From the human T2T-CHM13v2.0 reference genome, Homo sapiens: a DNA stretch of 64,000 bases. Shown one piece after another: positions 63,511-64,000 of the stretch. Every line of letters begins with the position of its first letter. Position 1 is the first letter of the stretch. Where the stretch lies: NCBI RefSeq assembly GCF_009914755.1, contig NC_060930.1. One strand, given 5' to 3'. The notes below the pieces were generated by a model. That model saw only the letters and a program-made list of their open reading frames with translations. It had not been told where the DNA came from and did no database searches. Position numbers and translations under genes: made by a program.

Positions 63511-64000
63511 TACAGACATCCATATATGAAATAACAGGAGTTTAAATTAGAACAGGAGTTCTAATTTAAAAAATAACTGAAGTTTAAATGAGAAGAAAAA
63601 GGAAAAGGTGAATACAAGAAATGAGGACTCCAAAGTTTAGAGACTGTGCATACAGATAAAAAAACAGAACCCTGCAGGTCCAGAGAAATAGCTGATTATG
63701 GGGAAAATTTCATGAGTTTCAGTGTGCACATGTTGGGCTCTTGACCTCCACACACTTTTGCTCTCTTCCAGGCAAATAGTTTCTCTCTTTGATTTCTTTT
63801 CCTCCATCTCCATTCTTCAGATTTCCATTGCCCATGAAAAGAATCTTCTTGTGCATGATCACAAATTTATCATGAAAAGAATCCTCTGTTATTGTGAGTT
63901 TTAAGCCACTATACTACATGATTGATTTGGATCTTTATCCCTAATTAATTGGAATTAGTAGGGAATTTGTTTTTAAAGTCTATATGTAGTTAACTAGGGT

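Overview
AT-rich, repeat-dense primate (most likely human) genomic DNA lying entirely inside the triadin gene (TRDN, minus strand). The only host coding sequence I can support is the 210-nt exon 2 (14642-14851), encoding the cytoplasmic N-terminus, the single transmembrane helix and the N75 glycosylation sequon. The rest is intron 2 (left) and intron 1 (right). The dominant structure is two complete, two-LTR HERV-H/LTR7 proviruses in inverted, convergent orientation (563-6077 +; 26035-31704 -) bracketing exon 2 about 20 kb apart. Each is nested in an older LTR and has intact TSDs. They share a ~700-bp pro-RT tract with near-identical sequence and the same frameshifts, suggesting gene conversion between them. 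The sense-oriented copy carries a splice donor in the same phase as exon 2. The window also holds a full-length MST MaLR, a full-length Tigger1, L1/Alu/MIR/L2/MER fragments, a micro-inversion cluster and two local templated insertions, and a candidate muscle enhancer (MEF2/E-box/MCAT). Repeat subfamily names come from recalled consensus sequences, not a database search. No prokaryotic systems, CRISPR arrays or intact RNA genes were seen.
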